A stretch of DNA of 64,000 nucleotides from Oscillospiraceae bacterium (lineage in GTDB: Bacteria > Bacillota > Clostridia > Oscillospirales > Ruminococcaceae). Positions 1 to 9,457 of the stretch are shown piece after piece. The translations under genes and the position numbers were made by a program. The DNA lies in the NCBI GenBank assembly GCA_017505635.1, contig JAFVOU010000022.1, forward strand, positions 37,915 through 101,914, written 5' to 3'. The number at the start of each line of letters is the position of its first letter. Position 1 is the first letter of the stretch. The notes under the pieces were generated by a model that saw only the letters and a list, made by a program, of their open reading frames with translations, had not been told where the DNA came from and searched no databases.

Positions 1-286
1 GTGGTACCACCCAAATTTCCGCATATAAAATGCGGACACTCAAGACCTTTTAACGCAAGGAATACGGCAATGCCTAATGGTAAAAACGTTCAGCAAAGCT
101 TCTGTCAGGGGAACTTCCAAAGTATGTTTCTGCATCCCTTTCAGCCGTGGAGATGCTCTCTTTTTCAAAAACTGTACAATGTACTTTTCCTGATAAGCGA
201 ATTTATATTAATACTAAAGTATAATATCATATTTATATGGTAAAAATCAAGTGCAAATAATGATATTTCCACCGCACAAAACCTGC

Positions 287-328
287 AAAAAAACTTATCC
301 CCCTCGCCTGACTGTCGGTGTGGGGGAT
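287..328 (-). terminator. rho-independent terminator after the membrane-protein gene
   Basis: The stem ATCCCCC...GGGGGAT (297-328) is followed on the minus strand by a T-run (A-run 287-293 on +). It lies just 3' of the stop at 357. Confidence 0.55.
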
Positions 329-356
329 ATTTGCATTTTATTGTATAATCAGCAGT

Positions 357-1100
357 TTAAACAAGCGTTTTTTTAACGCCGCAAAGCTTTTCGACTGCTG
401 TAAACAGCTTTTCAATATGAGGCAGAAACAGGTTTATAAGCACACCGTTTGCCGCCGCAAAGATAACCGTGCCTTCACGCACAATGCCAAAGTCCAGCCC
501 TGCCACAAAGCAGATAAGCAAGGTTGCACCCACATAGCAGAAATCCACTATCAGCTTTGCTGTGCCGAACTGCATGTTTTTTCTTTTTGCCAGCAGTGCA
601 CAGAAGGTATCCGGCGGATAGTTTGCAAAACCCGATGCTTTTGTGCCGCAGAAACCTATGCTGATAAGAACAACACCCACAGCATAAACCGCAAAACGTT
701 CCAGATAGCTTTGCGGGTCAAGGGCAAGAAACGGTGCAAAATCGTATTTGAAAAAGTTTAAAATCCAGCCGTGAAGCACAACAGGGATAATCTGTATAAA
801 AAACAGCGGCTTGAATTTTCTTTTAAGCATAAGCATCTGCAGCAGCATAAAAAAGCAGTACAGGATTATAAGTCCGTTGCCCACCTTTATATTCAGTGCC
901 AGTGCTATTGCATAGCTTGTACCGGTGGAGGTTGTCTGTCCCAGTGCTGCAATAATGCCCAATGCCGCACCTGCACACACAAATACAATGCCTGCACTCA
1001 TTTCAAGAAAAAGGACAAGTGCTCTTTTAACGCCTTTCACTGTATATGTATGGCTTATAAATGCAATTATCTCGCAAAACAGCATCTTAACTTTCTTCAT
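357..1100 (-). CDS. multipass membrane protein (YczE/DUF6198-like)
   Basis: The ORF was trimmed to an internal ATG (MKKVKMLF...) that overlaps the acpS stop by 1 nt (TAATG). It has several hydrophobic helices. The family assignment is from memory of similar YczE-like proteins. Confidence 0.6.
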   Translation of the reverse strand: MKKVKMLFCEIIAFISHTYTVKGVKRALVLFLEMSAGIVFVCAGAALGIIAALGQTTSTGTSYAIALALNIKVGNGLIILYCFFMLLQMLMLKRKFKPLFFIQIIPVVLHGWILNFFKYDFAPFLALDPQSYLERFAVYAVGVVLISIGFCGTKASGFANYPPDTFCALLAKRKNMQFGTAKLIVDFCYVGATLLICFVAGLDFGIVREGTVIFAAANGVLINLFLPHIEKLFTAVEKLCGVKKTLV

Positions 1101-1471
1101 TATTTCACCTCTATAACAACAAAGGCAACCGCCTTGTCCTTTTCGTGTGACAAGGATACTTTGCATTCCAGCTTTTTGCTTTCCACAATCTGCTGTGCCC
1201 TGCCGCCAAATTTAAAATACGGTGCACCAAGGCTGTCCCGCAAAATCTGCACCTCGTCAAAATCAAAGCCCCGCACACCTGTGCCCAATGCTTTTGAAAA
1301 AGCCTCCTTTGCCGCAAAATTTGCCGCAAGGGAGTTTGTTTTTATTTTATTCTCCGATACAAAAAGGGCAATTTCGTCTGCACCGTAGATGCGTTTTATA
1401 AAGCTTTCTTTTTCAAGGCTTTTTGCAATTCTGTCAATGGATACAATATCCACTCCGATGCCATAAACCAT
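1100..1471 (-). CDS. acpS: holo-[acyl-carrier-protein] synthase
   Basis: It starts MVYGIGVDIVSIDRI, carries the AAKEAFSKALGTG motif and is about 123 aa, all typical of AcpS. The start was trimmed to the ATG at 1471, which has an upstream AG-rich RBS. Confidence 0.85.
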   Translation of the reverse strand: MVYGIGVDIVSIDRIAKSLEKESFIKRIYGADEIALFVSENKIKTNSLAANFAAKEAFSKALGTGVRGFDFDEVQILRDSLGAPYFKFGGRAQQIVESKKLECKVSLSHEKDKAVAFVVIEVK

Positions 1472-1542
1472 ATATGCCCTCTCTTTCCGCAAAAATTAAA
1501 GGGAGAAAAACTCTCCCTTTTAAATTAAATGATATCTGCTGT

Positions 1543-2466
1543 TTATTTAAGGAAGCCGTTGATAATCTGTTCTTCTGCTTCTTTTTCTGTAAGACCAAGT
1601 GTCATAAGCTTTGTAAGCTGTTCCCCTGCAATTTTGCCGATTGCTGCCTCGTGGATAAGGCTTGCATCGGTGTGGTTTGCCTGAATCTGCGGAATTGCAC
1701 TTACAACAGCCTTGTCCATAACGATGGCGTCGCATTCTGTGTGACCGTTGCAGGCATTGTTGCCGTTAACGTTGGAAAGGAAAAGCTGTTTGGATTCGTC
1801 TCTTGCTACAGAACGGCTGATAACGTGTGTTGCACTGTTTTCGCCGTCAAGGTCAACTTCAAATTTTGTTGTTGCAACCTGTCTGCCGTGTGTCATAAGC
1901 TTTTCGCTTACGATAAGTGTTGCACCTTTTGCAATTTTTGCTGTTGTAACACGGTCTGTGCTGTCCACACCTTTAATCTGCACTGTGTCCATTTCCACAT
2001 ATGCATTTTCTTCAAGGTTGATAACGGTTGTCGGGTTCATAACATTTTTGCCGTTGCCGTCGCCAGCGCCGTAGTGTTTTTCAACATAGCGCATCTTTGC
2101 GTTTTTGCCAACGTAGAATGTGTGTATACCGTCGTGGCGGGATTCGCTGTCGCCTGTGTTGTGGATACCGCAGCCTGCAACGATTGTTACGTCAGCGCCT
2201 TCGCCGATGTAGAAATCGTTGTACACCATTTCACTGTGGCCTGTTTTGCTGATGATAACAGGAATGTGCACACTTTCATTTTTTGTAAAAGGTTTGATAA
2301 CGATATCAATGCCCGGTTTGTCTGTTTTTGTTACGATATCGATATTTGCTGTTGTGCTGCGTGCTGCAGCTTCGCCGTTTGCACGGATATTATATGCGCC
2401 CTGAGGAACTTCGTGCAGGTCTGCAACTTTTTCCAAAAGGTCTTTCTGAATCGCATCCATTGCCAT
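1543..2466 (-). CDS. SufB/SufD-family Fe-S cluster assembly protein
   Basis: The 307-aa product has beta-helix-like repeats and the C-terminal HEAAIGKI...EQLFYLMSRG-like block (HEAAIGKIAGEQLTKLMTLGL) typical of SufB/SufD. It lies directly downstream of a SufC-like ATPase. Confidence 0.8.
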   Translation of the reverse strand: MAMDAIQKDLLEKVADLHEVPQGAYNIRANGEAAARSTTANIDIVTKTDKPGIDIVIKPFTKNESVHIPVIISKTGHSEMVYNDFYIGEGADVTIVAGCGIHNTGDSESRHDGIHTFYVGKNAKMRYVEKHYGAGDGNGKNVMNPTTVINLEENAYVEMDTVQIKGVDSTDRVTTAKIAKGATLIVSEKLMTHGRQVATTKFEVDLDGENSATHVISRSVARDESKQLFLSNVNGNNACNGHTECDAIVMDKAVVSAIPQIQANHTDASLIHEAAIGKIAGEQLTKLMTLGLTEKEAEEQIINGFLK

Positions 2467-2483
2467 TTTAAATTCCTCCTTTA

Positions 2484-3200
2484 TTAAACTTTAATCTGTT
2501 CGCAAACAGGATTTGGATTAAGGATAAGTGGCATAATTTCTTCCTGATTGCCTATTTTTCTGATTTCGCCGTCGGAAAGCAGCACAATTCTGTCAGCAAA
2601 ATTGAGAATTCTTTCCTGATGGGAAATAATAAGGATATTGCCCTTGATTGTGTCGTGCATATTTTCAAACACTTTGATAAGGCTCTGGAAACTCCAAAGG
2701 TCGATACCTGCTTCAGGTTCATCAAAGATGGAAAGTTTTGTGCCGCGTGCAAGAATCATTGCAATTTCGATACGTTTAAGTTCGCCGCCGGAAAGGGATT
2801 CGTTAACTTCACGGCTGATATAGTCTCTTGCGCAAAGACCAACTTCGGACAGATATTCGCAAGCCTGACCGATGTTAAGTTCCTTGCCTGCTGCAAGGCT
2901 GATAAGGTCGTGCACTGTGATGCCTTTAAAGCGCACAGGCTGCTGGAATGCAAAGCTTACGCCTTCCTTTGCACGTTCTGTGATATTGAGTCCTGTGATA
3001 TCCCTGCCGTCCAGCAGAATCTGACCGCTGGTAGGTGTGATGATACCTGCGATAATTTTTGCAAGTGTGGATTTGCCCGAACCGTTAGGACCGGTGATAA
3101 CAACAAAACGGTCGTCAATTTTAAGGCTTACATTTTTAAGGATATCCTTTGTGCCGTCAGGTGTTTCTACACTGTAACATATATTTTTAAGTTCTAACAT
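2484..3200 (-). CDS. sufC: Fe-S cluster assembly ATPase SufC-like (ABC ATPase)
   Basis: It has Walker A GPNGSGKST, signature LSGGELKR and Walker B LSIFDEPEAGID, with no membrane domain. It is paired with the SufB/D gene. Confidence 0.8.
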   Translation of the reverse strand: MLELKNICYSVETPDGTKDILKNVSLKIDDRFVVITGPNGSGKSTLAKIIAGIITPTSGQILLDGRDITGLNITERAKEGVSFAFQQPVRFKGITVHDLISLAAGKELNIGQACEYLSEVGLCARDYISREVNESLSGGELKRIEIAMILARGTKLSIFDEPEAGIDLWSFQSLIKVFENMHDTIKGNILIISHQERILNFADRIVLLSDGEIRKIGNQEEIMPLILNPNPVCEQIKV

Positions 3201-3454
3201 CTGTTTTCTCCGATTTATATATAAATAATTTATTACAATTTATTATGGCTGTAAAAGCCCACATTTAAATATACAACAAAATTGCGCCGTTATCAAGGTT
3301 TTTTCTTCCTTATATGACAATTATTTCACTATCATTATATAAAATTGTATCACATTTATTGTTTATAACCTCAAAAACTTTTCTTTGTGTTGACATACAT
3401 ACAAATATGTGCTAATTTTTTATTTGTGATAATACATATCAATAAATAGATTTT

Positions 3455-3616
3455 CGATAGAGGCGCAGAGCGCATAAGTAAGCTGTAACATATGCAAAAC
3501 GGCAGTTACAGCCAAAAGGGCAATCTGCCGAAGCACCGGTTTTTCGTTTTAAAAATCTGTGCTGGGCTGATGTATAAGATATATCAGACTGTCACGCAAG
3601 TGGAGAGCTATCTTGT
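3455..3616 (+). promoter_or_regulatory. lysine (L-box) riboswitch
   Basis: All conserved L-box blocks occur in the correct order: AGAGGCGC, AAGTA, GCCGAAG, ACTGTCAC and TGGAGAGC. A closing P1 helix GATAG/CTATC is present. The element sits in the 5' leader of the NhaC-family gene. Confidence 0.85.
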
Positions 3617-3640
3617 TTATATAACTGTTTTACAGTTTTA

Positions 3641-3677
3641 ACCCTGATAATTCTCTTGTCAGGGTTTTTATTTTTTT
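3641..3677 (+). terminator. riboswitch expression-platform terminator
   Basis: The stem ACCCTGA...TCAGGGT is followed by TTTTTATTTTTTT, between the aptamer and the start codon at 3732. Confidence 0.7.
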
Positions 3678-3731
3678 GACAGATAACTGTATCGTAATTT
3701 ATTTGGAAAATTTTATTAAAGGAGAAAAACT

Positions 3732-5222
3732 ATGGAGTTCATAGGCACAGCGTGGTCACTTCTGCCACCAATCATTGCCATCGTATTGGCTTTGATTACA
3801 AAAGAAGTATATCTTTCCCTTTTCATCGGTATTGTTTCCGGTGCACTGCTTTACACAAACTTTTCCCCTATCGCAACAGTTAATGCCATCTTTGATATGA
3901 TGGGCGAAAAACTTGGCGACAGCTGGAACATCGGCATTCTCACTTTCCTTGTATTTCTTGGCATTATGGTTGCTCTTATGACAAAAGCAGGCGGCAGCGC
4001 AGCTTATGGCGAATGGGCAAACAAAAAAATCAAATCCAAAAAAGCAGCAAGCCTTGCAACAGTTGGTCTTGGCGCACTTATCTTTGTTGACGACTACTTT
4101 AACTGTCTCACAGTTGGTTCTGTTATGAGACCTGTTACAGACCGTTTCAACATTTCCAGAACAAAACTTGCTTATCTTATCGACGCAACAGCAGCACCAA
4201 TCTGTATTATTGCACCTATCTCCAGCTGGGCAGCAGCAGTTAGCGGCTACACAAGCGGTGACGGCTTCCAGCTTTTCCTTCGCACAATTCCTTTCAACCT
4301 TTATGCACTTCTCACTCTTGTAATGGTTGTTTACATCTCTGTCAGCGGCTTTGACTTTGGCGGTATGAAACAGTACGAAATGAAAGCCCTTGAAGGCGAC
4401 CTTTTCGGTGGCGAAGAAGTTACAGGCGAAGAAATTGACTACAATCCTAACGGCAAGGTAATCGACCTTGTTCTGCCTGTACTTGCACTTATCGCTTTCT
4501 GTGTAATCGGTCTTGTTTACACAGGCGGTTTCTTTGACGGCGAAACATTTATCAATGCATTTGCAAACTGCGACGCAGCAAGAGGTCTTGTTCTTGGTTC
4601 CTTTGCAGCACTCGTATTTACATTCCTGCTTTACATTCCAAGAAAAGTTGTTTCCTTCCGCGAATTTGCAGACTGCATTCCACAGGGCTTTAAAATGATG
4701 GTAAGCGCAATCCTTATCCTTATCCTTGCATGGAGCCTTGGCGGTTTCTGTTCCGACAGACTTGCTATCGGCACATTTGTTGCAACAGCACTTGAAAACA
4801 GCACACTCTCCGTTGCAATTCTTCCTGCAATCTTCTTTGCAGTTGCAACAGGTCTTGCATTTGCAACAGGTACATCCTGGGGTACATTCGGTATTCTTAT
4901 CCCAATTGCAACAGCTATCTTCCCAGAAGGCGACCCAATGCTTGTTATCGCTATCGCTTCCTGCCTTGCAGGTGCTGTTTGCGGCGACCACACATCCCCA
5001 ATCTCCGACACAACAATCATGGCAAGTGCAGGTGCACAGTGCAACCACGTAAACCACGTTTCCACACAGATTCCTTACGCAATGGTTGTTGCAGCAGCCT
5101 GTGTTGTTGGTTACCTTGTAGCAGGCTTTACACAGAATGTTGTATTTACATTCCTCGCAGGCCTTGCAACACTTGCAGTTATCCTTGCAGCACTTAACCT
5201 TGCACAGAGAAAAAACGGTTAA
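3732..5222 (+). CDS. NhaC-family Na+/H+ antiporter-like transporter (probably lysine-related)
   Basis: The 496-aa protein is highly hydrophobic and multipass, with a good RBS (AAAGGAGAAAAACTATG). NhaC-family resemblance was recognised by eye. It is controlled by the L-box. Confidence 0.8.
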   Translation: MEFIGTAWSLLPPIIAIVLALITKEVYLSLFIGIVSGALLYTNFSPIATVNAIFDMMGEKLGDSWNIGILTFLVFLGIMVALMTKAGGSAAYGEWANKKIKSKKAASLATVGLGALIFVDDYFNCLTVGSVMRPVTDRFNISRTKLAYLIDATAAPICIIAPISSWAAAVSGYTSGDGFQLFLRTIPFNLYALLTLVMVVYISVSGFDFGGMKQYEMKALEGDLFGGEEVTGEEIDYNPNGKVIDLVLPVLALIAFCVIGLVYTGGFFDGETFINAFANCDAARGLVLGSFAALVFTFLLYIPRKVVSFREFADCIPQGFKMMVSAILILILAWSLGGFCSDRLAIGTFVATALENSTLSVAILPAIFFAVATGLAFATGTSWGTFGILIPIATAIFPEGDPMLVIAIASCLAGAVCGDHTSPISDTTIMASAGAQCNHVNHVSTQIPYAMVVAAACVVGYLVAGFTQNVVFTFLAGLATLAVILAALNLAQRKNG

Positions 5223-5243
5223 TAAAATTTAACAAAATATAAA

Positions 5244-5294
5244 AAATGTCATTCTGAACAGCTTTTGCTGTGAAGAATGACATTTTGTTTTTTC
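5244..5294. terminator. bidirectional terminator hairpin (AAAATGTCATTC...GAATGACATTTT family)
   Basis: A long stem is flanked by an A-run and a T-run, between the convergent genes 3732-5222 (+) and 5303-5863 (-). Confidence 0.65.
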
Positions 5295-5302
5295 AGATTT
5301 AC

Positions 5303-5863
5303 TTAAAACAGATAATTCACCAGCCCGTCATATATCGCCTGTGCAAAAATCTGCTGGTCGCTGCGCAGTTTTTCGGCATCTGCTTCGTTTGTTATAAAGG
5401 CAAGTTCAACAAGCATTGCAGGCATATCTGTCCGACGCAGTACATAGAACTGCGGATTGATTTTTACCCCTCTGTCCCGCAGGCTTAACTGCCGTGTTAT
5501 CTGTGTGAGGATTTCCCTTGCCATATACCAAGCCTGATTTCTGCTGCGGTAAACATAAACCTCGCTGCCCTGTGCATTGGGGTTGGTGGAGGAATTGCAG
5601 TGTATGCTTAAAAACCAGTCGGCATCCCAGCGGTTTGCCAGCCCCACCCTTTCCTCAAGGCTGGAGGTGTTGCTGTAGCCAACCACCTGGGTTATGCAGG
5701 TGCGGCTTGTAAGCACCTCAAACCGTTCGTCGTTTCTCAACAGCTCTGCAAGATAAATACCCACGTTATAGGTTATGTCCTGTTCCTTAAGTCCGTTTCC
5801 CTCGGCGCCGCTGTTGAAACCAAAGGGATTGTGTCCCTGGTCGATAAATATTTTTATTGCCAT
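5303..5863 (-). CDS. N-acetylmuramoyl-L-alanine amidase (Amidase_3, CwlD-like)
   Basis: It has the KIFIDQGHN start, the LSIHCNS motif and a VELAFITN block, all characteristic of Amidase_3. Confidence 0.85.
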   Translation of the reverse strand: MAIKIFIDQGHNPFGFNSGAEGNGLKEQDITYNVGIYLAELLRNDERFEVLTSRTCITQVVGYSNTSSLEERVGLANRWDADWFLSIHCNSSTNPNAQGSEVYVYRSRNQAWYMAREILTQITRQLSLRDRGVKINPQFYVLRRTDMPAMLVELAFITNEADAEKLRSDQQIFAQAIYDGLVNYLF

Positions 5864-6004
5864 AAAAATCTCCTTTGCACTGAATTGATGCTGTATATTA
5901 TTTTATGGCAGATTTTATGCAAATGTTAATTTACTATTGCCCTGTTGTGTGGTAAAATAAACGCAGAAATTAATTTTGCACAATTTATATATATGGAGGA
6001 TACT

Positions 6005-7105
6005 ATGGAAAAACAGATTACCAGCCGCCTTGGTTTTGGCTGTATGCGTCTGCCTGTTGACGAAAACAAGGAAATAGATATGGAACAGTTTAAAGCAATG
6101 GTAGACTGTGCTATGGAAAACGGCATCAATTACTTTGACACCGCTTATGGCTACCACAGCGAAAAAAGCGAAGGTGCAGTAAAAACCGCCCTTGTTGACC
6201 GCTACCCGCGTGAAAGATTTCTTCTTGCAGACAAACTGCCGCTTTGGATTATCGAAAGCGAAGAAGATGTTGAAAAAACCTTCAACACACAGCTTGAAAG
6301 AACAGGTGCAGGATATTTTGACTACTATCTTCTTCATGCAGTAAACAAAGACCGCGTGGAAACTATCCGCAAGTTCAATATAGTGGAATTATTGAAGAAA
6401 AAACTTGCCGAAGGCAAAATAAAAAGACTTGGTTTTTCCTTCCATGACACAGCAGAAGTGCTGGAGGATTTTATCGGCGACTACAACTGGGATTTTATCC
6501 AGCTTCAGCTTAATTACTACGATATGGAACGCGAAGACTATAAACAGCAGTACGAACTTGTAAAAAGCCGCAACATCCCCCTTGCTGTTATGGAACCTGT
6601 GCGCGGCGGTTTTCTTGCAAGAACAGTGCCGGAAGCCCAGAAGGTTATCGAAGCTGCCTACGGCGAAAATAAATCCGCAAGCCTTGCACTCAGTTATGTA
6701 AACAGCCTTGAAGGTGTTTATATCGTGCTGAGCGGTATGAGCAATATGGAACAGGTAAAGGATAATATCAACACCTTTGCAAACCCAATTCCAATGGATG
6801 AAAAAGCACAGCAGACAATTGCTGAAGTTCTTAAAGAAATCAACGCTTTCAAGGTTGTTGACTGTACAAAATGCGAATACTGTATGCCTTGTCCTGTTGG
6901 TATCAATATTCCAAAAGTTTTTGAAATCTACAACAAGTACGAAATGTTCAAAAGCGAATGGATAATCAAGGACTACATCAAAGAAGCGGAAGTTAACCCT
7001 GCCGAATGTATCGGATGCGGTGTATGTGCTTCCAGCTGTCCGCAGGCTATTGCAATTCCGGAAAGAATTGCAGAGTTCAATGCAATTGCAGAAAAACTTA
7101 AATAA
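6005..7105 (+). CDS. aldo/keto reductase with C-terminal 4Fe-4S ferredoxin domain
   Basis: It has LGFGCMRLP and the DTAYGYH AKR motifs. The C-terminal Cys clusters are CTKCEYCMPCP and CIGCGVCASSCP. The start was trimmed to the ATG at 6005, behind GGAGGA. Confidence 0.85.
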   Translation: MEKQITSRLGFGCMRLPVDENKEIDMEQFKAMVDCAMENGINYFDTAYGYHSEKSEGAVKTALVDRYPRERFLLADKLPLWIIESEEDVEKTFNTQLERTGAGYFDYYLLHAVNKDRVETIRKFNIVELLKKKLAEGKIKRLGFSFHDTAEVLEDFIGDYNWDFIQLQLNYYDMEREDYKQQYELVKSRNIPLAVMEPVRGGFLARTVPEAQKVIEAAYGENKSASLALSYVNSLEGVYIVLSGMSNMEQVKDNINTFANPIPMDEKAQQTIAEVLKEINAFKVVDCTKCEYCMPCPVGINIPKVFEIYNKYEMFKSEWIIKDYIKEAEVNPAECIGCGVCASSCPQAIAIPERIAEFNAIAEKLK

Positions 7106-7117
7106 CAGCAGTTTTAA

Positions 7118-7145
7118 ACGGGCGGCCGCAAACCGCCCGTTTTTC
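7118..7145 (+). terminator. rho-independent terminator
   Basis: The stem ACGGGCGG...CCGCCCGT is followed by TTTT, directly after the stop of the AKR gene. Confidence 0.75.
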
Positions 7146-7273
7146 GCATATTCACGACATATATTTACATAATAATATTTATAAATATTGTGGTTTTGCA
7201 ATATATATGTTATTATACCAATACCAAAAAACTGTTTTTTCCCTGCAAATTTACATATATAAAGGTTGTTTTA

Positions 7274-8779
7274 ATGAAAAAGAAATTTTTAGCCCTGCTT
7301 GCAGCTGCAAGCTGTATAATAATGACCGCCTGTTCCTCGGCAGGTGCCATATCCACATATACCATATCACTCGGCGAAATGCCAAAGAACTTTGACCCTC
7401 AGGTTGCCAGCAGCGAAAGTGAGCTTATGGTGCTGGCAAATATATATGACGGCCTTTTCGAATACCGCGGCGGCCAGATTGTGCCGGATGTATGCGAAAG
7501 CTACACTGTATCTGCAGACGGACTTACATATACATTTGTCCTGCGCAGCGACAGCACATTTTTCCTCAGCAAAAAGGAACAGATTACCGTTACAAGCCAC
7601 GATTTTGCCTTTGCCCTTGAACGCGTGCTGGACAGCAGAACCCACTCGCCTTACTACAGAGATTTCAGCCATATCGACAGCATCTCCACCCCTGACAGCA
7701 GCACTCTTGTGATAAAGCTTAAACATCAGGATTCCAGTTTTCTTTACAGGCTGTGCAGTCCTGCTGCATACCCTTGTAACAAAGAGTTTTTCACAAATAC
7801 AAACGGTGCCTATGGTCTGCGTGTAAATGACATTCTTTCCAACGGACCATACACCATAAACTATCTTGCTGATGACGGCAGCTATGCCACAATTATCCGC
7901 ATTGACGGCAACGAAAAAGCAATAAGCCGTATCCGCATATCCCTTGCAGACAGCGAAACTGATATTGCCGCCGAATATAAAGAAGACAGGATAAGCGGCT
8001 TTTTTGCAGACAGCAGTATTGCAGGCGATATTTCCGGCACAGTTTTCAGCTATGAAAATCAGAACTTCAATATGCTGCTTAACCCGTATGTAAAATCCCT
8101 TGGCAGCAAATATACCCGCGGTGCTCTGGCAAAATATGCCTTTGCCATGGAAAACAGCGGCGCAAACCTTGCTGCTGTAAACCAGAGCCGCAGCTTTTTC
8201 AACAGCTCGGTTATCTTTTTGGGCAGACCTGTAACGGAACTTCTTGGCAGTTTCACTCCGTCCTATATGGAAAAAAATGCAAAACCGCTGCTTCAGGAAG
8301 GTCTTGCCGCACAGGAGATGACACAGATGGATACACTGACTGTGCTTATTCCAAGCGATGTAAGCTACAGGGTGGTTGCCGAAAACATCAATCAGCTGTG
8401 GCAGAAGGAACTGGGGCTGTTTTTCACCCTTGAATTTATCCCAAACAGCGAAATTGCCGCCCGTGTTTCAGAAGGCGATTTTGACATTGCCTTTTTAAGC
8501 AGCAAACCGCTAAGCAGCAACCCTGCAGATATACTGAAACAGTACCGTGGATTTGGCGGCGATATTGCAACACACATCGGTATGCTTGAACAGGGCTATC
8601 TTTCTGATGAAGAGGCTTTAGAAGCTATTGAATGCGCCCATAATGATATAATGGAAGCTGCATACATCGTGCCTATGTGCACCGACACCTCGCACTATAT
8701 CCACAAGGATTATTTTGAAGGTGTGGAGATAAATCCGTTCGGCAGCATAGTAAACCTTAAACACGCAACAGTAAAATAA
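7274..8779 (+). CDS. ABC-transporter substrate-binding lipoprotein (peptide/nickel family 5)
   Basis: It has a signal peptide with a lipobox (LLAAASCIIMTAC|SS). The roughly 500-aa body resembles SBP family 5. The start was trimmed to MKKKFLALL. Confidence 0.75.
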   Translation: MKKKFLALLAAASCIIMTACSSAGAISTYTISLGEMPKNFDPQVASSESELMVLANIYDGLFEYRGGQIVPDVCESYTVSADGLTYTFVLRSDSTFFLSKKEQITVTSHDFAFALERVLDSRTHSPYYRDFSHIDSISTPDSSTLVIKLKHQDSSFLYRLCSPAAYPCNKEFFTNTNGAYGLRVNDILSNGPYTINYLADDGSYATIIRIDGNEKAISRIRISLADSETDIAAEYKEDRISGFFADSSIAGDISGTVFSYENQNFNMLLNPYVKSLGSKYTRGALAKYAFAMENSGANLAAVNQSRSFFNSSVIFLGRPVTELLGSFTPSYMEKNAKPLLQEGLAAQEMTQMDTLTVLIPSDVSYRVVAENINQLWQKELGLFFTLEFIPNSEIAARVSEGDFDIAFLSSKPLSSNPADILKQYRGFGGDIATHIGMLEQGYLSDEEALEAIECAHNDIMEAAYIVPMCTDTSHYIHKDYFEGVEINPFGSIVNLKHATVK

Positions 8780-8783
8780 CAAT

Positions 8784-8826
8784 AAAAAATCACTTATCCA
8801 AATTAAATGGATAAGTGATTTTATTT
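8784..8826. terminator. bidirectional terminator
   Basis: The stem ATCACTTATCC...GGATAAGTGAT is flanked by an A-run and a T-run, between convergent genes. Confidence 0.7.
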
Positions 8827-8844
8827 TCTTGTCCGCAGGTGTTT

Positions 8845-9456
8845 TTACCACTCTTTGTTTTTTACAATTTTAACGCTTAAGTAAATCGAACAAACATACA
8901 TTACTGCTATAACTGCAGCTGTTGCAGCTGCAAAATACAATGGTGATATATTTTGCAGGGCTGTCACTGCATTTTGTATAATCTCGCCGTCACTGAGTGT
9001 CATTATTACCACAAATGGAATAAGAAACGCCGCCATTGTTATATATCGGCTTTTTTCCACACCCCACTTGTACATAACAGGCACTGTAAATACCTGATAA
9101 ACCAGCGGCACTGCTATACCTGCCATTGCACCTTCAGCCCAGTTGTTTCCGCTTATTGCCAAAGCAACAATGGAAACTGCTGCAGCTGCAATGCAGATTA
9201 CAAATCCAGAAATATACCTTGCCAGCACTATCTGTGTATTTGTAATAGGCAGTATTTGGGCAAATCGGTTAAAACGGCAGCTTTCGTCATAAGCCATAAG
9301 GTTTAAAGGCATAATGGCTGCATATACCGCTGCATATGTTACAAGAAAGGTATTTCCGCTAACAATACCCGAAAACATAAATATGCCAATTATTAATATT
9401 ATAGTTTTAATAATGGATTTAAGGGCAAGCAAATCCTTTAAAACAAGACCTTTCAT
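8845..9456 (-). CDS. ABC-2 type transporter permease
   Basis: The 203-aa product has about 6 hydrophobic helices. It lies immediately downstream (2-nt gap) of the ABC ATPase, in a YtrA-type operon. Confidence 0.7.
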   Translation of the reverse strand: MKGLVLKDLLALKSIIKTIILIIGIFMFSGIVSGNTFLVTYAAVYAAIMPLNLMAYDESCRFNRFAQILPITNTQIVLARYISGFVICIAAAAVSIVALAISGNNWAEGAMAGIAVPLVYQVFTVPVMYKWGVEKSRYITMAAFLIPFVVIMTLSDGEIIQNAVTALQNISPLYFAAATAAVIAVMYVCSIYLSVKIVKNKEW

Positions 9457-9457
9457 A

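Noticed and set aside
1-243. An 80-aa ORF at the window start
   Set aside because: It has no RBS, no recognisable motif and an implausible composition. The region looks intergenic, with a small hairpin at about 20-37. No opposite-strand gene could be supported either.
1423-2487. Long antisense ORFs opposite real genes. This one, plus 3756-5057, 6389-7201, 13355-14758, 17861-19021, 27477-28811, 33569-34870, 38372-39106, 42074-43786, 45722-46543, 54270-55238 and 60261-61277
   Set aside because: All lie fully inside and antisense to genes with clear family motifs. They share the same odd Cys/Phe/Val-rich composition and lack RBSs. They were treated as frame shadows.
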